A program made the position numbers and the translations under genes. This document shows, one piece after another, positions 28,011-36,439 of a stretch of DNA of 64,000 bases; within the stretch, counting starts at the first letter, position 1, and each line of letters begins with the position of its first letter. Under the pieces are notes generated by a model. The model was not told the DNA's origin and searched no databases. It saw only the letters and a program-made list of their open reading frames with translations. The DNA is taken from IMG/VR virus record IMGVR_UViG_3300036771_000024, positions 55,392 through 119,391 of that record, one strand, 5' to 3'. This DNA is from a virus. Its lineage: Duplodnaviria > Heunggongvirae > Uroviricota > Caudoviricetes.

Positions 28011-28071
28011 GGGGCAGGATGCCCCGCTCACCTTGGGAGTGAGATTGCAGGTTCGAGTCCTGTCAACGCTG
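28011..28071 (+). tRNA. tRNA-like element (D-arm GGGG-CAGGATG-CCCC, anticodon arm CTCAC-CTTGGGA-GTGAG with TGG anticodon, T-arm GCAGG-TTCGAGT-CCTGT) with poor acceptor pairing
   Basis: Arms read from sequence; acceptor stem only 4/7 pairs, variable loop 3 nt; possible degenerate/pseudo-tRNA. Confidence 0.2.
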
Positions 28072-28115
28072 TTACAGGCGTTGTGGCGTAAATGGTAAAC
28101 GCACACGACAATCAA

Positions 28116-28149
28116 GGGGGCCTAGCTCAGGGTTAGTAGCTAGGCCCCC
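28116..28149 (-). terminator. perfect 12-bp hairpin (GGGGGCCTAGCT-N10-AGCTAGGCCCCC); 5' arm mimics a tRNA acceptor+D-arm start; likely terminator of minus-strand operon
   Basis: Read from sequence; lies 200 nt downstream of minus-strand gene end at 28355. Confidence 0.4.
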
Positions 28150-28354
28150 GTCGTGCGTCCAGGTTCAGACAGGGTAGATGGTGAGCTTCACCCCCGTGCG
28201 TCCTTCGGCTGCTTCCATGGCGCGTGCTGCGGGGTGCAGGTGCCGGCCGCAGGCACGCTGCTGATCCACCCTGCGGTCCCCCACGGCGATCCACCACTGC
28301 GCATAGCAGGGGCACGGGTCACCGGTGCGGTCTTCGATGCTCTCGCACTTAGCC

Positions 28355-28846
28355 CTATCCACGCCTCACATCCTCTTTACGGAGAGGGACAGGGACGACT
28401 TCACCGGAGAGCCTGGACCACTTGCCGATCCACTCGTCGTGCTCCCCTTCCGCGTCCATGGCCGTGGCGTACAAGTGCAGCAGCCAGTCAGGCGCGTAGT
28501 TCTTCCCGGTCGTGGTGAGGTAAGCGGGCCGGTCGGGTCCTGACCGCCCGCGGATGTGGTTCTTGTCCACCCAGTCGCGGAGCTTCGCCATGCGCTCACG
28601 GCCCACCATGAGGCTCTTGGGCTCAGCGGCAGGCTTCGACGGCTTCGTGGGTGCGCTCCCGGGTGCGTGCCCGGCGCGTATCCACGGTTCGAGGAACTCG
28701 CGTAGCTCCCGGGCGTGTTCCTCGGTGAGGTCGAGTTCCCGCTTCTTGCCGTCGATCGACACGAACACGGTCTCGTCAGCGGGGACCCGCTTGCCGGTCT
28801 CCGCGAAGGTGAGGTCATCCGACAGGACGATTTGCAGTTCCTTCAT
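28355..28846 (-). CDS. lsr2: Lsr2-like nucleoid-associated protein with C-terminal extension
   Basis: N-terminal dimerisation-domain-like DETVFVSIDGKKRELDLTEEHARELREFLEPWIRAGH; central RERMAKLRDWVDKNHIRGRSGPDR resembles Lsr2 DNA-binding RGR motif. Confidence 0.55.
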   Translation of the reverse strand: MKELQIVLSDDLTFAETGKRVPADETVFVSIDGKKRELDLTEEHARELREFLEPWIRAGHAPGSAPTKPSKPAAEPKSLMVGRERMAKLRDWVDKNHIRGRSGPDRPAYLTTTGKNYAPDWLLHLYATAMDAEGEHDEWIGKWSRLSGEVVPVPLRKEDVRRG

Positions 28847-29106
28847 GCTGGCAGCAGCTCCTCGAACAGATGCCACACCAGGGGCTCTATGATCGCCGTG
28901 CCACGGTACTCCGCATCATCAGGGACCTGATGACCGGTACCGAACACGCGCAGGCGGGCCGGGTGCGGTTCCCCGACACCGGAGAGCGCCCAGAAATGCA
29001 GGGGTGATACCTGACCGAAATGGGCAGCGACGTGGACGATCGGGCCGGTGAGCTGGACCTCGTGCCACTCGTCATCGACGGGGACCTCGTAGCGGAAGAC
29101 CTTCAT
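28843..29106 (-). CDS. hypothetical protein
   Basis: 87 aa; stop/start overlap with neighbours (operon). Confidence 0.45.
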   Translation of the reverse strand: MKVFRYEVPVDDEWHEVQLTGPIVHVAAHFGQVSPLHFWALSGVGEPHPARLRVFGTGHQVPDDAEYRGTAIIEPLVWHLFEELLPA

Positions 29107-29480
29107 GCGTTCGCCCCGTTCTTCCGGGCTGCGTCACGCACATACGGGGCCTGACGCCGGCCGAGTTCCGCTACGTAGTCGGCCTTGGTGAGCCCGGCAC
29201 CCTTGGGGGCGAGGTACTCGTCGTCGTACTTGTAGCGGTATTTCGCACCGGACAGGATGCCACCGCGGAGGGTGGTCCTGGTGCGCTGCGTCCCGCAGTC
29301 GGGACAGGTGTAGGTGAGCTGGTACACGCCTTGCCTGACCGGCCTGGATGTGACGCCCTTGGGGAGGGGCCCGACACGCATCTTCGGGAAGTCGTGCCGG
29401 TCACCTTTGCATGATGCGATCCCGTCTGAGATCGTGTTCAGGTGTTCGTCACCGGTCATGTAGACCTTGACTGTTGCCAC
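29103..29480 (-). CDS. hypothetical zinc-ribbon protein
   Basis: CPDCG...C motif; 125 aa. Confidence 0.45.
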   Translation of the reverse strand: MATVKVYMTGDEHLNTISDGIASCKGDRHDFPKMRVGPLPKGVTSRPVRQGVYQLTYTCPDCGTQRTRTTLRGGILSGAKYRYKYDDEYLAPKGAGLTKADYVAELGRRQAPYVRDAARKNGANA

Positions 29481-29591
29481 TGGTAGGTCTCTTCCTAGTA
29501 GGAGAGTGCTTGTCCTTCCAGTGTAGCACTATGTCCTAACCCAGTAAACCGTCCCATGTACCCTCTACGTCTCATAGGGTATGATTGAAGC

Positions 29592-30179
29592 ATGACACAG
29601 CCAGAGAACTCCTGCCTAGACGACAGCCAGTCTCCGACTGTGCACATAGAGTCAGCAGGTGGCAGGCACGGGGGCGGGGTCATGGTAGACCCCGAGCGCA
29701 TGTCAGCAGCACGCAAAAGCGCCATGCTGGAACGCGCCGAGCTATCCGACCTGTCCAAGATACTCGAACTATCCAGGATCGCCGCTGCTAACAACGTCAG
29801 CACCAGCGGCGAGCGGGGAGTACCCGAGCTGCGGGCACTGCTCGCAGCCGCAGGGGTCCAGCTCGGCGGTAAGCGCATCGGGATCTCCCGTGACGAGCTG
29901 GCGAAACTGGAAACTGGCGGGCGGAAACGCCCGAGGATCACAACGCTCAGGAAATTTCTCGACACAGTAAACTACGCCAGGGCCCAAAGGGACAAGCCAC
30001 CGATCGACGTGGAAGACCTACAGGTGCCCGGCGAGGTCCTTATCCCCGAGACACGCGAGCCGGACCCGTGGGAGCCCGGCGCTGATGAGCGGGAAGCGAT
30101 CGACGCGTACCAGGAAGCCTCCAACGATATTTACTACGCAATGAAAGGACAACCAGAGGACGCAGAGGCAGGTATATGA
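29592..30179 (+). CDS. hypothetical protein, possible HTH regulator, divergent from Lsr2 operon
   Basis: 195 aa; helix-rich segment SAARKSAMLERAELSDLSKILELSRIAAANNV. Confidence 0.4.
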   Translation: MTQPENSCLDDSQSPTVHIESAGGRHGGGVMVDPERMSAARKSAMLERAELSDLSKILELSRIAAANNVSTSGERGVPELRALLAAAGVQLGGKRIGISRDELAKLETGGRKRPRITTLRKFLDTVNYARAQRDKPPIDVEDLQVPGEVLIPETREPDPWEPGADEREAIDAYQEASNDIYYAMKGQPEDAEAGI

Positions 30180-30658
30180 CGACAATGCCATCCCCTGTAG
30201 ATCTGCGTATCTGGCTGCTGTCCCGCACCCTGGGCTGGTCCGGCCGGAAAGTCGCGGGTGAGGTCGGCGTCAGCCAGCCCACCGTGGTCCGCACCCTGGA
30301 ACGGCTCGATAAGGAACCCCCTACCGAGCAGGAAATCAATGATTTCGTGAACGTCTCAGCGACCCCGCCACGCGGGCTCCCGGCGATCACCGGGAAGATC
30401 AAGGCCGCGAAACGGCCCAGCCTGCCAGGGAGATGGATCTTCCACGCCTGCGCTGTGCTGGTCACCCTCGCCGTGGTCGCTATCATGGCCGGTTTCGCCG
30501 TCAAGCTGCTGAGCCCGGCTCAGGCACAGGTACCAGCGTCAGGCCAGATCGCATGCGTGCGGTTCGCGCCTGACGGGAGCATCGCCGGGTTCGGCTCACT
30601 GAACCACGGCACCTGCCCGCGCGGCCAGTTCGCTGTCACGATCGTGCAGAACCCGTAA
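30176..30658 (+). CDS. membrane-anchored HTH protein (N-terminal HTH, single TM, C-terminal extracytoplasmic domain)
   Basis: HTH GWSGRKVAGEVGVSQPTVVRTLERL; TM IFHACAVLVTLAVVAIMAGFAV. Confidence 0.5.
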   Translation: MTTMPSPVDLRIWLLSRTLGWSGRKVAGEVGVSQPTVVRTLERLDKEPPTEQEINDFVNVSATPPRGLPAITGKIKAAKRPSLPGRWIFHACAVLVTLAVVAIMAGFAVKLLSPAQAQVPASGQIACVRFAPDGSIAGFGSLNHGTCPRGQFAVTIVQNP

Positions 30659-30780
30659 GAAAACAAGCGGCCCCAGGAAGGGATAACACAAGGGTGTCAT
30701 AGGCTGTCACAGCACTCCCCCGAAGGCCAAGGGGATGAAGAGTGGCTAAGCCCTTGTGAAGGGAAGACAAAAAGTCTCAC

Positions 30781-30804
30781 GCGGGTTCGACCCCCGCCCG
30801 CCGC
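30781..30804 (+). other. second tRNA 3'-end-like fragment (GCGGG-TTCGACC-CCCGC-CCGCCGC)
   Basis: Similar to fragment at 27807-27830; located in intergenic upstream of 30845 gene. Confidence 0.25.
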
Positions 30805-30844
30805 ACGAACAGGTTACCGGACTAATCAAAGGAATCATTAACCC

Positions 30845-31147
30845 ATGAGCGACTGGGAAGAGTTCACCGCCTGGCACCGTGAGCATACAGTCAAGGCGAT
30901 GTCCGACTCCGCGTACGTCATGTCCCTGGTCCCCAGGGCCGAAGAGGTAGACGTGAAGTTCGCGGTCGAGCTGGGACTGGCGATCATGCTGGACAAGCCC
31001 ATCGTGGCGGTTGTCCAGCCGGGCGTGCCGGTCCCCCCTGGACTGCGGAAGGTAGCTGAGGCTGTCATCACGGCCGACCTTGACACCGAAGAGGGCAAGG
31101 AGCACACAGCCAGGATGCTCAAATTGTTCATGGCTGACCACACGTGA
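30845..31147 (+). CDS. hypothetical protein
   Basis: 100 aa. Confidence 0.45.
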   Translation: MSDWEEFTAWHREHTVKAMSDSAYVMSLVPRAEEVDVKFAVELGLAIMLDKPIVAVVQPGVPVPPGLRKVAEAVITADLDTEEGKEHTARMLKLFMADHT

Positions 31148-31260
31148 GAGGGAAGAAAGGGGTCAAGTGCTGCGGGCGGTGGAACCAGCCCTGCCGTTGC
31201 CCCTCACCCTGCACCCGCTATCACGGCGGGCCATGCAGGTGCCCGAACTGCGCGTGCAGC

Positions 31261-31488
31261 TTACAGCCAGTCCCCGTCACGGTCGAACATGATCGTGGTG
31301 TGAATCGTGCAGTCTGCCTGGGGCGGGCCGTCGTACTGCCAGTCGAACCAGGGGCGGCACTGGCAGATCATCGGGGCGAACCGCACCATCTGCTGCCGTT
31401 CTTCCAGGTGGTAGTCGTTGAGTGCTTTGATGTACCGGCGCACGTCAGCGTTCAGTGGCACGCTGTCCCACTCTGGGTCTTGCCTCAC
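31261..31488 (-). CDS. hypothetical protein
   Basis: 75 aa protein-like; competes with overlapping plus-strand Cys-rich ORF 31144.. Confidence 0.35.
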   Translation of the reverse strand: MRQDPEWDSVPLNADVRRYIKALNDYHLEERQQMVRFAPMICQCRPWFDWQYDGPPQADCTIHTTIMFDRDGDWL

Positions 31489-31514
31489 TTGACTCCTATG
31501 GTATGATTGTATGT

Positions 31515-31754
31515 ATGAAGATAACAGAACAGAAGGTTCCTGGTCGTATCGATCTTGAGAGGGTCACGATCAACCTCATCCCGCGAGCCTCAGACGCTCT
31601 CCACGAGGGTGTGGAGATGACAGGGGACAGCAAGACCGACTTCATCAACCGTGCCATACAGGCATTCTCCTGGCTGCAAGAGGTCATTCACAGCGGCGGC
31701 ACTGTCCTGGTCCGAGACGAAAAAGGCGAAACGTCCCAGATCCTGTTCCTGTAA
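31515..31754 (+). CDS. ribbon-helix-helix (CopG/Arc-type) DNA-binding protein
   Basis: RVTINLIPRASDALHEGVEMTGDSKTDFINRAIQAF = beta-strand + two helices; high GC3 in this frame; AT-rich upstream region. Confidence 0.45.
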   Translation: MKITEQKVPGRIDLERVTINLIPRASDALHEGVEMTGDSKTDFINRAIQAFSWLQEVIHSGGTVLVRDEKGETSQILFL

Positions 31755-32735
31755 ATCCTTCTTCGGTGCCAGCAGCTCCAGCTTGACGCTGCTGCTGGGG
31801 GTGAGTGGCGGCTGCGCCCCGTTACGGGCGTAGTCCGCCCGCACCTGGTCGCTGTCCAGGTTCTTCCGGTTGCTGACAGTCCACCGTAGCACCTTCGGGT
31901 ACCCGTCAAGCTGAACCTCGGCCTTACCCTCAGTGTTCGGCCGCAACCCGTCCAGCGCACCCTTAGCCAGGGCCTCTTCTTCCTTCGCATCCTTGATGCG
32001 GGCACGTGCCACCTCGAGGCGGAGCGCCCACTGGACCGCGTCAGTGTCATCGACCAGCAGCACCGACCGCTCATCCCGGTCGATCACGTGCCCGTCCCAG
32101 CACCGGTTGAAGAACGGGCAGTGCTTACACACCGCCGAGTCCGGGGCGTAGTCACGGGCGAGCCATTCCAGGGGTGTCTCCCGCACCGAGGTCAGCCACT
32201 GCATCGCCTCACGGGTAGCCTCGTAGTCGAACGGGCCCTCCCACAGCCACGAGTTACCCGAGTCACGCACCAGGTAGTCGATCTGCACGGTGTGCACGGG
32301 CCGGTCGGTCAGGATCAGCGCCGCCGCATACGTCATGACCTGCCACAGGTGACGGCGGGGCGGGCCGTTGAGCTGGTAGTTCGCGAGCTGCGCATCATAG
32401 CCGATGGTCTTGATGTCCCGCAGGATCCCGTCCACGTACAGGTCCGGGTGACCCAGCAAGCCCCCGAATTTCACTTCCTCGTTGATCACAGAATTCGCGG
32501 GGATGATACCTGCGTCACGCATCATCCGCAACGCCACGTCAGCGGTGTCATGCACCGCCGTGCCGATCACAGCCTGCACGGACCCGCTGGGCTTCTCCGG
32601 CGGGTAGCCGTGCAGCTTGTACCCCGCCTGGCGTCGGCACCCACCCAGGTCGCTCATGCCAAGTCCCTTTTGCTTGGACCTGGGACGCTCCCAGTCAGCC
32701 TTGAGTAGCAGCTCAGCGGTCGAAGGGAGCTTCAT
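31590..32735 (-). CDS. PD-(D/E)xK exonuclease, Cas4/RecB-like with 4-Cys cluster
   Basis: Motifs HPDLYVDGILRDIKT (D...E/DxK) and C-terminal CKHCPFFNRCW Fe-S-type cysteines; 3' end overlaps RHH gene antisense (extent uncertain). Confidence 0.6.
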   Translation of the reverse strand: MKLPSTAELLLKADWERPRSKQKGLGMSDLGGCRRQAGYKLHGYPPEKPSGSVQAVIGTAVHDTADVALRMMRDAGIIPANSVINEEVKFGGLLGHPDLYVDGILRDIKTIGYDAQLANYQLNGPPRRHLWQVMTYAAALILTDRPVHTVQIDYLVRDSGNSWLWEGPFDYEATREAMQWLTSVRETPLEWLARDYAPDSAVCKHCPFFNRCWDGHVIDRDERSVLLVDDTDAVQWALRLEVARARIKDAKEEEALAKGALDGLRPNTEGKAEVQLDGYPKVLRWTVSNRKNLDSDQVRADYARNGAQPPLTPSSSVKLELLAPKKDLQEQDLGRFAFFVSDQDSAAAVNDLLQPGECLYGTVDEVGLAVPCHLHTLVESV

Positions 32736-32813
32736 CACGGCTTCTCTTTCCACGCATGATCGACGTACTCGTCTGGCCACTTGAACCATTTACCGCAACG
32801 AGGGCACTGTCTC

Positions 32814-32984
32814 ATGGGTGTCCCAGTTCTTCCGCTGGCACATTCAGGGGCGCACCGGTGTCGGAGTGCAGACGGTAGTCATCCAGCGCGTCATCCAGGG
32901 CACGCCAGGCTTCGTCTTCGTACTGGTCACGCCAGCTTCTCAGCCACGCTTCTACCTCGTCGCCACGTCTCGGCTGGAACATTA
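32814..32984 (-). CDS. small acidic hypothetical protein (56 aa)
   Basis: Protein-like ORF MFQPRRGDEVEAWLRSWRDQYEDEAW... below ORF-track size cutoff. Confidence 0.3.
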
Positions 32985-33194
32985 CTCACCTACCTGCGGT
33001 CCGCACGCAGCGCACACGTCCCACGTGGTCCCGGTCGCATCGACGTGCAGCTCATCCTTCTCGAACCGGCCGTAGCAGATGCAGCACATCACCCGGCCGT
33101 CAGGGCAGACCGGCCCGGCGTGCCGCTGGGAGCAGCACAACCGGACCGGCTGGTAGCAGCACAGGTCGAGGGGGATCTCGTTAGTCCTTGTCAT
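32982..33194 (-). CDS. Cys-rich small protein (zinc-binding)
   Basis: CCYQP..CCSQRH..CPDG..CCICYG..CAACG. Confidence 0.4.
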   Translation of the reverse strand: MTRTNEIPLDLCCYQPVRLCCSQRHAGPVCPDGRVMCCICYGRFEKDELHVDATGTTWDVCAACGPQVGE

Positions 33195-34335
33195 ACCACG
33201 AGTCTGCTTCTTCGTCGGCAGCTTTCATCGCGTCACGTTCAGCAGCAGCGAGCTGCGTCAGCGCTGCCCGCCGGGCACCCACCGTGGAACCCGTGTCCTT
33301 GACCGCGCGGGTGATCACGTCGTGCGCGATCAGCACCTCGGCCTTGGACAGGTCGGTCAGGGTGGTCACGTCCCGGTGGACCAGCGCGGACACCAGGTCA
33401 TTCTGGGCGTCACCGTGAAAACCGCACCTGCGGAGAAGCTGGGACAAGTCGTCGTAACCAGGCGGAGCGGGCCGCTCTGGTTCAGGCTCGCCAGCAGGGC
33501 TTGGAGCATCAGATTCTGGTACAGGCCCGTCGTCTTCGCCATGATGGGTTTCCTTCCCGTCCTGCCAGGCGTCCATGTGCTCCTGAGTGGCCTTGGTTTG
33601 CGCGTCCAGGCCAGATAGCTGATCCTTGACGTTATCCACGACCTCAGCCCGGTATGCACCTTGATAAGGGGCGGGCTGACCAGAATCAGGGCCGGGATAG
33701 GTCGGGGGCTGGGCTGGTGCGGGCCCGGAGGGTGCGGCCGGCCCCTCAGCGTCACCGATACCGGCAATGTCGAACCCGTAGATGACCTCGGGTGCGCCGA
33801 TACCGGCGGCCCGTGCGACAGCACGCCACTGGAGCATGTCCCTGCGGTACTGCTCCCACGGGAGAGGATTGCCGCTCTGCGACCGGGCTAGCAGCTTCCC
33901 GTCTTTGACGGTGACGAGACGTGCCATCTTCGCGTCTTCGAGGTTGAACTCGCCGACGTACTCGACCTCGTGTTTCTCGTCGCCGCGGGTGATGATGCAC
34001 TTGCACCAGTCATCGCCACGCTCAAACTTGACCCGGTGCCCGGCCTTGCGGATCAGGGCCAGGAGAAGCTGGCCCCGCAGGCCCGGCGTTCCGTTGGGCA
34101 GGACGTAGATACCACGGGTCGCCTGCGTCCAGGTGAGACCCAGTTCCTGGCCGAGCATCATCGTGACGAGGCAGTTCTGGGGTGAGCCGCGCAGAGCGCC
34201 GGGCACCATGGATGACTGCGCGAGGACCTGCGCGATGGCCCACGCCTGGGCCATGTTCTTGAGAGGCCCGTCGAGCGCTACCTCCAGTAGCTCAGGACGA
34301 GAGGCTACGATACCACTGCCTGGTGGGGTGTTCAC
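33181..34335 (-). CDS. recT: RecT-family single-strand annealing protein with long acidic/Pro-rich C-terminal tail
   Basis: N-terminal NMAQAWAIAQVLAQSSMVP...GSPQNCLVTMMLGQELGL and central region typical of RecT; paired with exonuclease. Confidence 0.6.
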   Translation of the reverse strand: MNTPPGSGIVASRPELLEVALDGPLKNMAQAWAIAQVLAQSSMVPGALRGSPQNCLVTMMLGQELGLTWTQATRGIYVLPNGTPGLRGQLLLALIRKAGHRVKFERGDDWCKCIITRGDEKHEVEYVGEFNLEDAKMARLVTVKDGKLLARSQSGNPLPWEQYRRDMLQWRAVARAAGIGAPEVIYGFDIAGIGDAEGPAAPSGPAPAQPPTYPGPDSGQPAPYQGAYRAEVVDNVKDQLSGLDAQTKATQEHMDAWQDGKETHHGEDDGPVPESDAPSPAGEPEPERPAPPGYDDLSQLLRRCGFHGDAQNDLVSALVHRDVTTLTDLSKAEVLIAHDVITRAVKDTGSTVGARRAALTQLAAAERDAMKAADEEADSWYDKD

Positions 34336-34660
34336 GTCGTCGTGTTCCCTTCGGGTGACAGAACAGGTGAACCCTCATTGTACCACGCACGTAATTTCAG
34401 GGTAGCAGCCTGTCCTAGCTGACCCTGACCATGGTAGCGTGGGGGTGTGACATTCAGGAGGCTCCAGGATGTTCAAAACCCGCAACGAGGACCGCAACAA
34501 GACAGTCGGACATGGAACCAGACAACCCAGAAACTCCCGTGGTAAGCCGGCTACTGTCAGCCATCTCCGACGTGTATCCCGAGGTCAAGGCGAGACTACC
34601 AAGGAACTCGCGAAACTCGCCAAGCGCAGGCACAGAGCAAGACGATGAGGAGCATGACTG

Positions 34661-34930
34661 ATGGGGTTTGACCGCAAGTACGGCAAGGTCACCACTGAGC
34701 ACGGCGAGATCCCGGATGACGAACCGGTCATCGTGTTCCGCGCCCGCGACAAGCTGGTCCCGGCGATGCTCACCACGTACATACAGCTATGCGAGCAGGC
34801 AGGGAGCCCAGCCCGGCACATCGACCTGGTAGAGGGCAGCAAGCGGCAGATCGTGGAGTGGCAGCGGGACAACAAGGACCAGGTCCGGAAACCGGACTCT
34901 GAGCGCAGCCGCGCATGGATGAAGGAGTAG
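34661..34930 (+). CDS. hypothetical protein
   Basis: 89 aa. Confidence 0.45.
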   Translation: MGFDRKYGKVTTEHGEIPDDEPVIVFRARDKLVPAMLTTYIQLCEQAGSPARHIDLVEGSKRQIVEWQRDNKDQVRKPDSERSRAWMKE

Positions 34931-34932
34931 GC

Positions 34933-35808
34933 ATGACGATCCTGCTACCTGACGTGTCAGAATTCCAGACCGGGAACAGCGCACCCGACTGGGCTGGCAT
35001 CAAGAGCAAGAACGGCGGTGCGGGCATCATCCGGGTCGGGTACGGGGACGCGCACCTGGACCACATGTTCGTGAACAATTACACCGCGCTGAAGAAGAAC
35101 GGGTACAGGTTCATGGGCCTGTATCAGTACCTCGTCGCCGGGCAGGACGTGGCGTCGCAGGCAGCTAAGTTCTGCGAGTGGGTCGGCCCGAAGAGTGCTG
35201 TCGCACCGGGCACCGTGTTCATCCTCGACCTGGAAGAGGGCAACGGCGACCAGTCCGGGCGCGCCCTCACCTGGCTCAACATGGTCGACGGTCACTACGG
35301 GCTCAACTCGAAGCCGCTGAACGAGCGGTCCTGGCTGTACTCGTACGGCTCGTTCGTGACCAGCCATAACCTCGGCGCTATCTTCGCGTCGCAGCGGCAC
35401 ACGTGGATCGCCGCCTACCAGGCAACCCCGCCCCCCATCGGGCACACCCTGTGGCAGTCCACCGACGGCAAGACCGGTGCGAACATCACGAACTGGCCGG
35501 GCTGCGGCCGGTGTGACACGTCGCAGCATAACGGGAACCTCGCCAGCCTGTCCCTGGACGCATGGCCGGCGACGGTGCAACCGAATCCTCCGGGCACGTT
35601 CCACGGTGAATACGTGGGCGCGGGCATGTTCAGCCTCGCTGACATCGCGAAGAAACTGGGCCAGCCCACGAACACGCTACTGCGGATGACGGCGGTCCAC
35701 TACGGTGCGTACGACCCGGTCCTCGCCACGTATATCAACGACGTGATGACGGGTAAGAAGCCGTCCACCGCGCCGGTCCCCAAGGGAGCGAAAATCTGGT
35801 GCAACTAA
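34933..35808 (+). CDS. GH25 muramidase (endolysin)
   Basis: N-terminal LPDVSEFQ signature of glycoside hydrolase family 25; C-terminal extra domain. Confidence 0.65.
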   Translation: MTILLPDVSEFQTGNSAPDWAGIKSKNGGAGIIRVGYGDAHLDHMFVNNYTALKKNGYRFMGLYQYLVAGQDVASQAAKFCEWVGPKSAVAPGTVFILDLEEGNGDQSGRALTWLNMVDGHYGLNSKPLNERSWLYSYGSFVTSHNLGAIFASQRHTWIAAYQATPPPIGHTLWQSTDGKTGANITNWPGCGRCDTSQHNGNLASLSLDAWPATVQPNPPGTFHGEYVGAGMFSLADIAKKLGQPTNTLLRMTAVHYGAYDPVLATYINDVMTGKKPSTAPVPKGAKIWCN

Positions 35809-36095
35809 TGCCCGTCCACGCCGATGCTCACCCGCTCTCCGGCCAGGTAGTCACCATCAGCAACGGCGTCGAAGACCCCGCGCAGTCCGCCGTGAAACCC
35901 GGTGCCAAGTACAAGATCGAAGACTGGTGGGACCGCGTGTCGGGCCGCCGCTGGGGTGAAGCGGACGGCAACCCTGCCTGCCTGCACTACGCGATGCGGG
36001 CCGCGGCGAACATGATCCCGCCCGACGACGAGGTCCTGTACGGGAAGATCGACGGGTCCGGGCATCTCGTCCACGTGTCAGAGATCGACTGGTGA
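35808..36095 (+). CDS. hypothetical protein
   Basis: ATG overlaps lysin stop (TAATG). Confidence 0.4.
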   Translation: MPVHADAHPLSGQVVTISNGVEDPAQSAVKPGAKYKIEDWWDRVSGRRWGEADGNPACLHYAMRAAANMIPPDDEVLYGKIDGSGHLVHVSEIDW

Positions 36096-36436
36096 GCTGG
36101 AGCGAACTGGTGAGCAGGATGCGGTACCAGGGCGGGTGGCTGCTCTACGGCGGGAACCTCGGCACGATCGCCGCCGAAGTGCTGGACGCTGACATTTCCG
36201 TGCAGATGAGCAGGATAGACGTGAGCAGCTTCAGCAGCCCGCTGGCACACAGCATACGAGGGCCTGTGAGCTGCACGTTCACCGCCCAGCTGTACGAGGA
36301 AATGGAATGGGACAGGGGCCGCACCGGCACGCAGCGGCCCCACATGGCTGCGCTGCTGGCCCTGGCCCGTAAGCACCCGGAAGAATACGAGGACCTGCGG
36401 GAACGCGAAGATGTCCTGAAAGCACTAGGAGGGTGA
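36092..36436 (+). CDS. hypothetical protein
   Basis: 114 aa. Confidence 0.45.
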   Translation: MSWSELVSRMRYQGGWLLYGGNLGTIAAEVLDADISVQMSRIDVSSFSSPLAHSIRGPVSCTFTAQLYEEMEWDRGRTGTQRPHMAALLALARKHPEEYEDLREREDVLKALGG

Positions 36437-36439
36437 AGT

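Noticed and set aside
27900-28075. Single long tRNA with intron, or tmRNA, spanning 27921-28071
   Set aside because: No anticodon-stem partner, no tmRNA tag-reading-frame or pseudoknot signatures; better explained as separate fragments.
27797-30804. tRNA 3'-end-like direct repeats at 27807-27830 and 30781-30804 as attL/attR of a 3-kb integrated element
   Set aside because: Similarity is limited mostly to the generic T-arm consensus (GCGGGTTCGAC...CCCGC); flanks differ and no integrase lies between, so the evidence is insufficient and it is kept only as a note in the tRNA-fragment finding.
31144-31506. Plus-strand ORF with Cys-rich N-terminus (KCCGRWNQPCRCPSPC...)
   Set aside because: Only the first ~40 codons look protein-like and the remainder overlaps a more protein-like minus-strand ORF (31261..31488); kept only as an open possibility.
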